DNA from: Candidatus Eiseniibacteriota bacterium
GTDB lineage: Bacteria > Eisenbacteria > RBG-16-71-46 > CAIMUX01 > VGJL01
Direction: 5' to 3'
Assembly (NCBI GenBank): GCA_963792585.1
Contig: CAWBWI010000001.1
Span: 768,001 to 832,000 of the forward strand
Length of the DNA stretch: 64,000 bases
Shown here: positions 62,744 to 64,000 of the stretch, piece after piece
Layout of the letters: each line of letters begins with the position of its first letter
Position numbering within the stretch: the first letter of the stretch is position 1
Notes under the pieces: model-generated
Databases searched by the model: none
The model's input: the letters and a program-made list of their open reading frames with translations, nothing else
What the model was told of the DNA's origin: nothing
Translations under genes and position numbers: made by a program

Positions 62744-63307
62744 CTACTTTCCGCTCTCGGGAAGCCAGGGCGGGATGGTACCCGCGATGATCCGTTTCCA
62801 ATCTTCGAGCTGTGGATGCACCAAGAGACCATCCTTCGATCCCGCGCTGATGGCGGCGCGCTGCGTTCGCTCCCAGCGCGCCTGCGCGTCCCCCTCACGC
62901 CATCGGAGGCTCCATAAGGTTCCTCTGCCGAGACTCCACCCTAGGGTACGGTACGGCGCGAGCGCGCGAGCGCCGTGGGCCAGGTCTCGATCCGGAGCCC
63001 ACGCGAGCAGGCTCTCCCAACCGTTCTCTCCAGGCGCCGGCGGACCGAGGAGAGATTCGGCCTGTCCCGCGCGGCGGATCCGCGCGGACTCCTTGTTTGG
63101 ATTCCAAAGTTCGCCGCCCCTACGCAAGGAGTCGATCACCGGCTGGGGATCCTGCCCCGCCGGTCCGGACAGCTCCCAGAGGACCCGCCGGCGCAGTTCC
63201 AGCAGATCCTCGCCATACCCGAGATACCTCCGGAGGCAGGCCAGGGCCGTGAGGGCCGCGGGGTTCGCATTCTGCAGCGCAATCAGGATTTGCGTCGTCT
63301 CCTTCAT
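62744..63307 (-). CDS. Tandem PurS-like protein
   Basis: Between purQ and purF; NPAALTALACLRRYLGY and LWNPNKE, then second half ending LLVHPQLED, echoing PurS DP..LGY and LLANPVIE. Confidence 0.5.
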   Translation of the reverse strand: MKETTQILIALQNANPAALTALACLRRYLGYGEDLLELRRRVLWELSGPAGQDPQPVIDSLRRGGELWNPNKESARIRRAGQAESLLGPPAPGENGWESLLAWAPDRDLAHGARALAPYRTLGWSLGRGTLWSLRWREGDAQARWERTQRAAISAGSKDGLLVHPQLEDWKRIIAGTIPPWLPESGK

Positions 63308-64000
63308 CGTTCGCTCACCGCCTTCACCAGCGCCTGGAAGATTGCGAGTCCCGGGCCCGGCGCCTCCGGATCCTCGGCCGAGCCCGCTGCCAGGAATGGC
63401 GGAACCTGCGCGCGCAGGACGGCCCGCTCCGGATGCGGCATGAGGGCCAGGACGTTGCCCGCCGCATTGGTGATGCCGGCGGCGGCATGCATGCTTCCAT
63501 TGGGATTCCACGGGAAGTCGGACGTGATCGAACCGTCCGGCGCGCGGTAGGTGAGCGCGACGTTCGATGCGAGCCTCGAGGCGACCGCAGCGTCGCGGGT
63601 CCAGAAACGCCCCTCGCCGTGCGCCATCGGTACGGCGAAGATCCGCTCTCCGAGATCTTGCGTGAAGAGGCAACGGTCTGCCGCGGGGCCTCGGCCCAGA
63701 AGGACCCAGCGGGAGTAGTAACCGTCCCGCCCCGGCATGGTGTTCGGCGCGAGGACGACCTCGGAGACCCCCTCGTGGAAGCCGGGCACGAGACCCGACT
63801 CGACGAGGACCTGGGCGCCGTTGCAGATGCCGAGCACCGGGGCGCCCTCGCGCGCGCGCTTCGAGACGACCTCGAGCAGCGGAAGGCGGGCCGCAACCGC
63901 GCCGGCCCGGATCCGATCCTGATAGGAGAACCCGCCCGGCAGGATGTAGCCCCCGAAGTCCGCCAGCTTCGCCGGCGACTCGTTCCAGCGGACGATCGAC
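63304..64000 (-). CDS. purQ: FGAM synthase glutaminase subunit PurQ (5' truncated by window edge)
   Basis: LPGGFSYQD, LGICNGAQVLVESGLVPG, AHGEG, NPNGS, MPHPER. Confidence 0.93.
   Translation of the reverse strand, partial: SIVRWNESPAKLADFGGYILPGGFSYQDRIRAGAVAARLPLLEVVSKRAREGAPVLGICNGAQVLVESGLVPGFHEGVSEVVLAPNTMPGRDGYYSRWVLLGRGPAADRCLFTQDLGERIFAVPMAHGEGRFWTRDAAVASRLASNVALTYRAPDGSITSDFPWNPNGSMHAAAGITNAAGNVLALMPHPERAVLRAQVPPFLAAGSAEDPEAPGPGLAIFQALVKAVSER

Overview
GC-rich bacterial chromosomal window, mostly core genes of a diderm (LPS-containing) organism. The gene mix (lpxC-fabZ fusion, mcsA-mcsB-clpC, Minf_1886 family, PorV/PorQ-like barrel, PEP-CTERM) suggests an FCB-adjacent lineage such as Eisenbacteria, Latescibacterota or Gemmatimonadota; this is inference. 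1-21.4 kb (mostly +): end of a surface-glycan operon, FnIII lipoprotein, S41 protease, nucleotide-sugar enzymes, PorV-like/SPOR protein, histidine kinase plus sigma54 activator, lptE-holA, thioredoxin-TPR protein, M16 peptidase. 21.4-64 kb (almost all -): purQ, purS-like, purF, lolC/E, lolD, mcsA, mcsB, clpC, bamA, skp, the lpx/waaA cluster, nadB, mutL, miaA, der, plsY, gpsA, merR, a PEP-CTERM gene, surE, pcm, apt, uvrC, xerD and a SNF2 ATPase with a partner gene, plus four tRNAs. Many conserved genes carry small frameshifts, most likely sequencing or consensus errors. I saw no CRISPR array, prophage or IS element. Best candidates for novelty: an unannotated structured RNA of about 240 nt with a sigma54-type promoter (18.24-18.51 kb, -), a Tudor-SNF2/Zn-finger gene pair downstream of uvrC-xerD, and a terminator-like hairpin directly in front of nadB. 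All calls come from reading the sequence by eye; no searches or folding programs were run.
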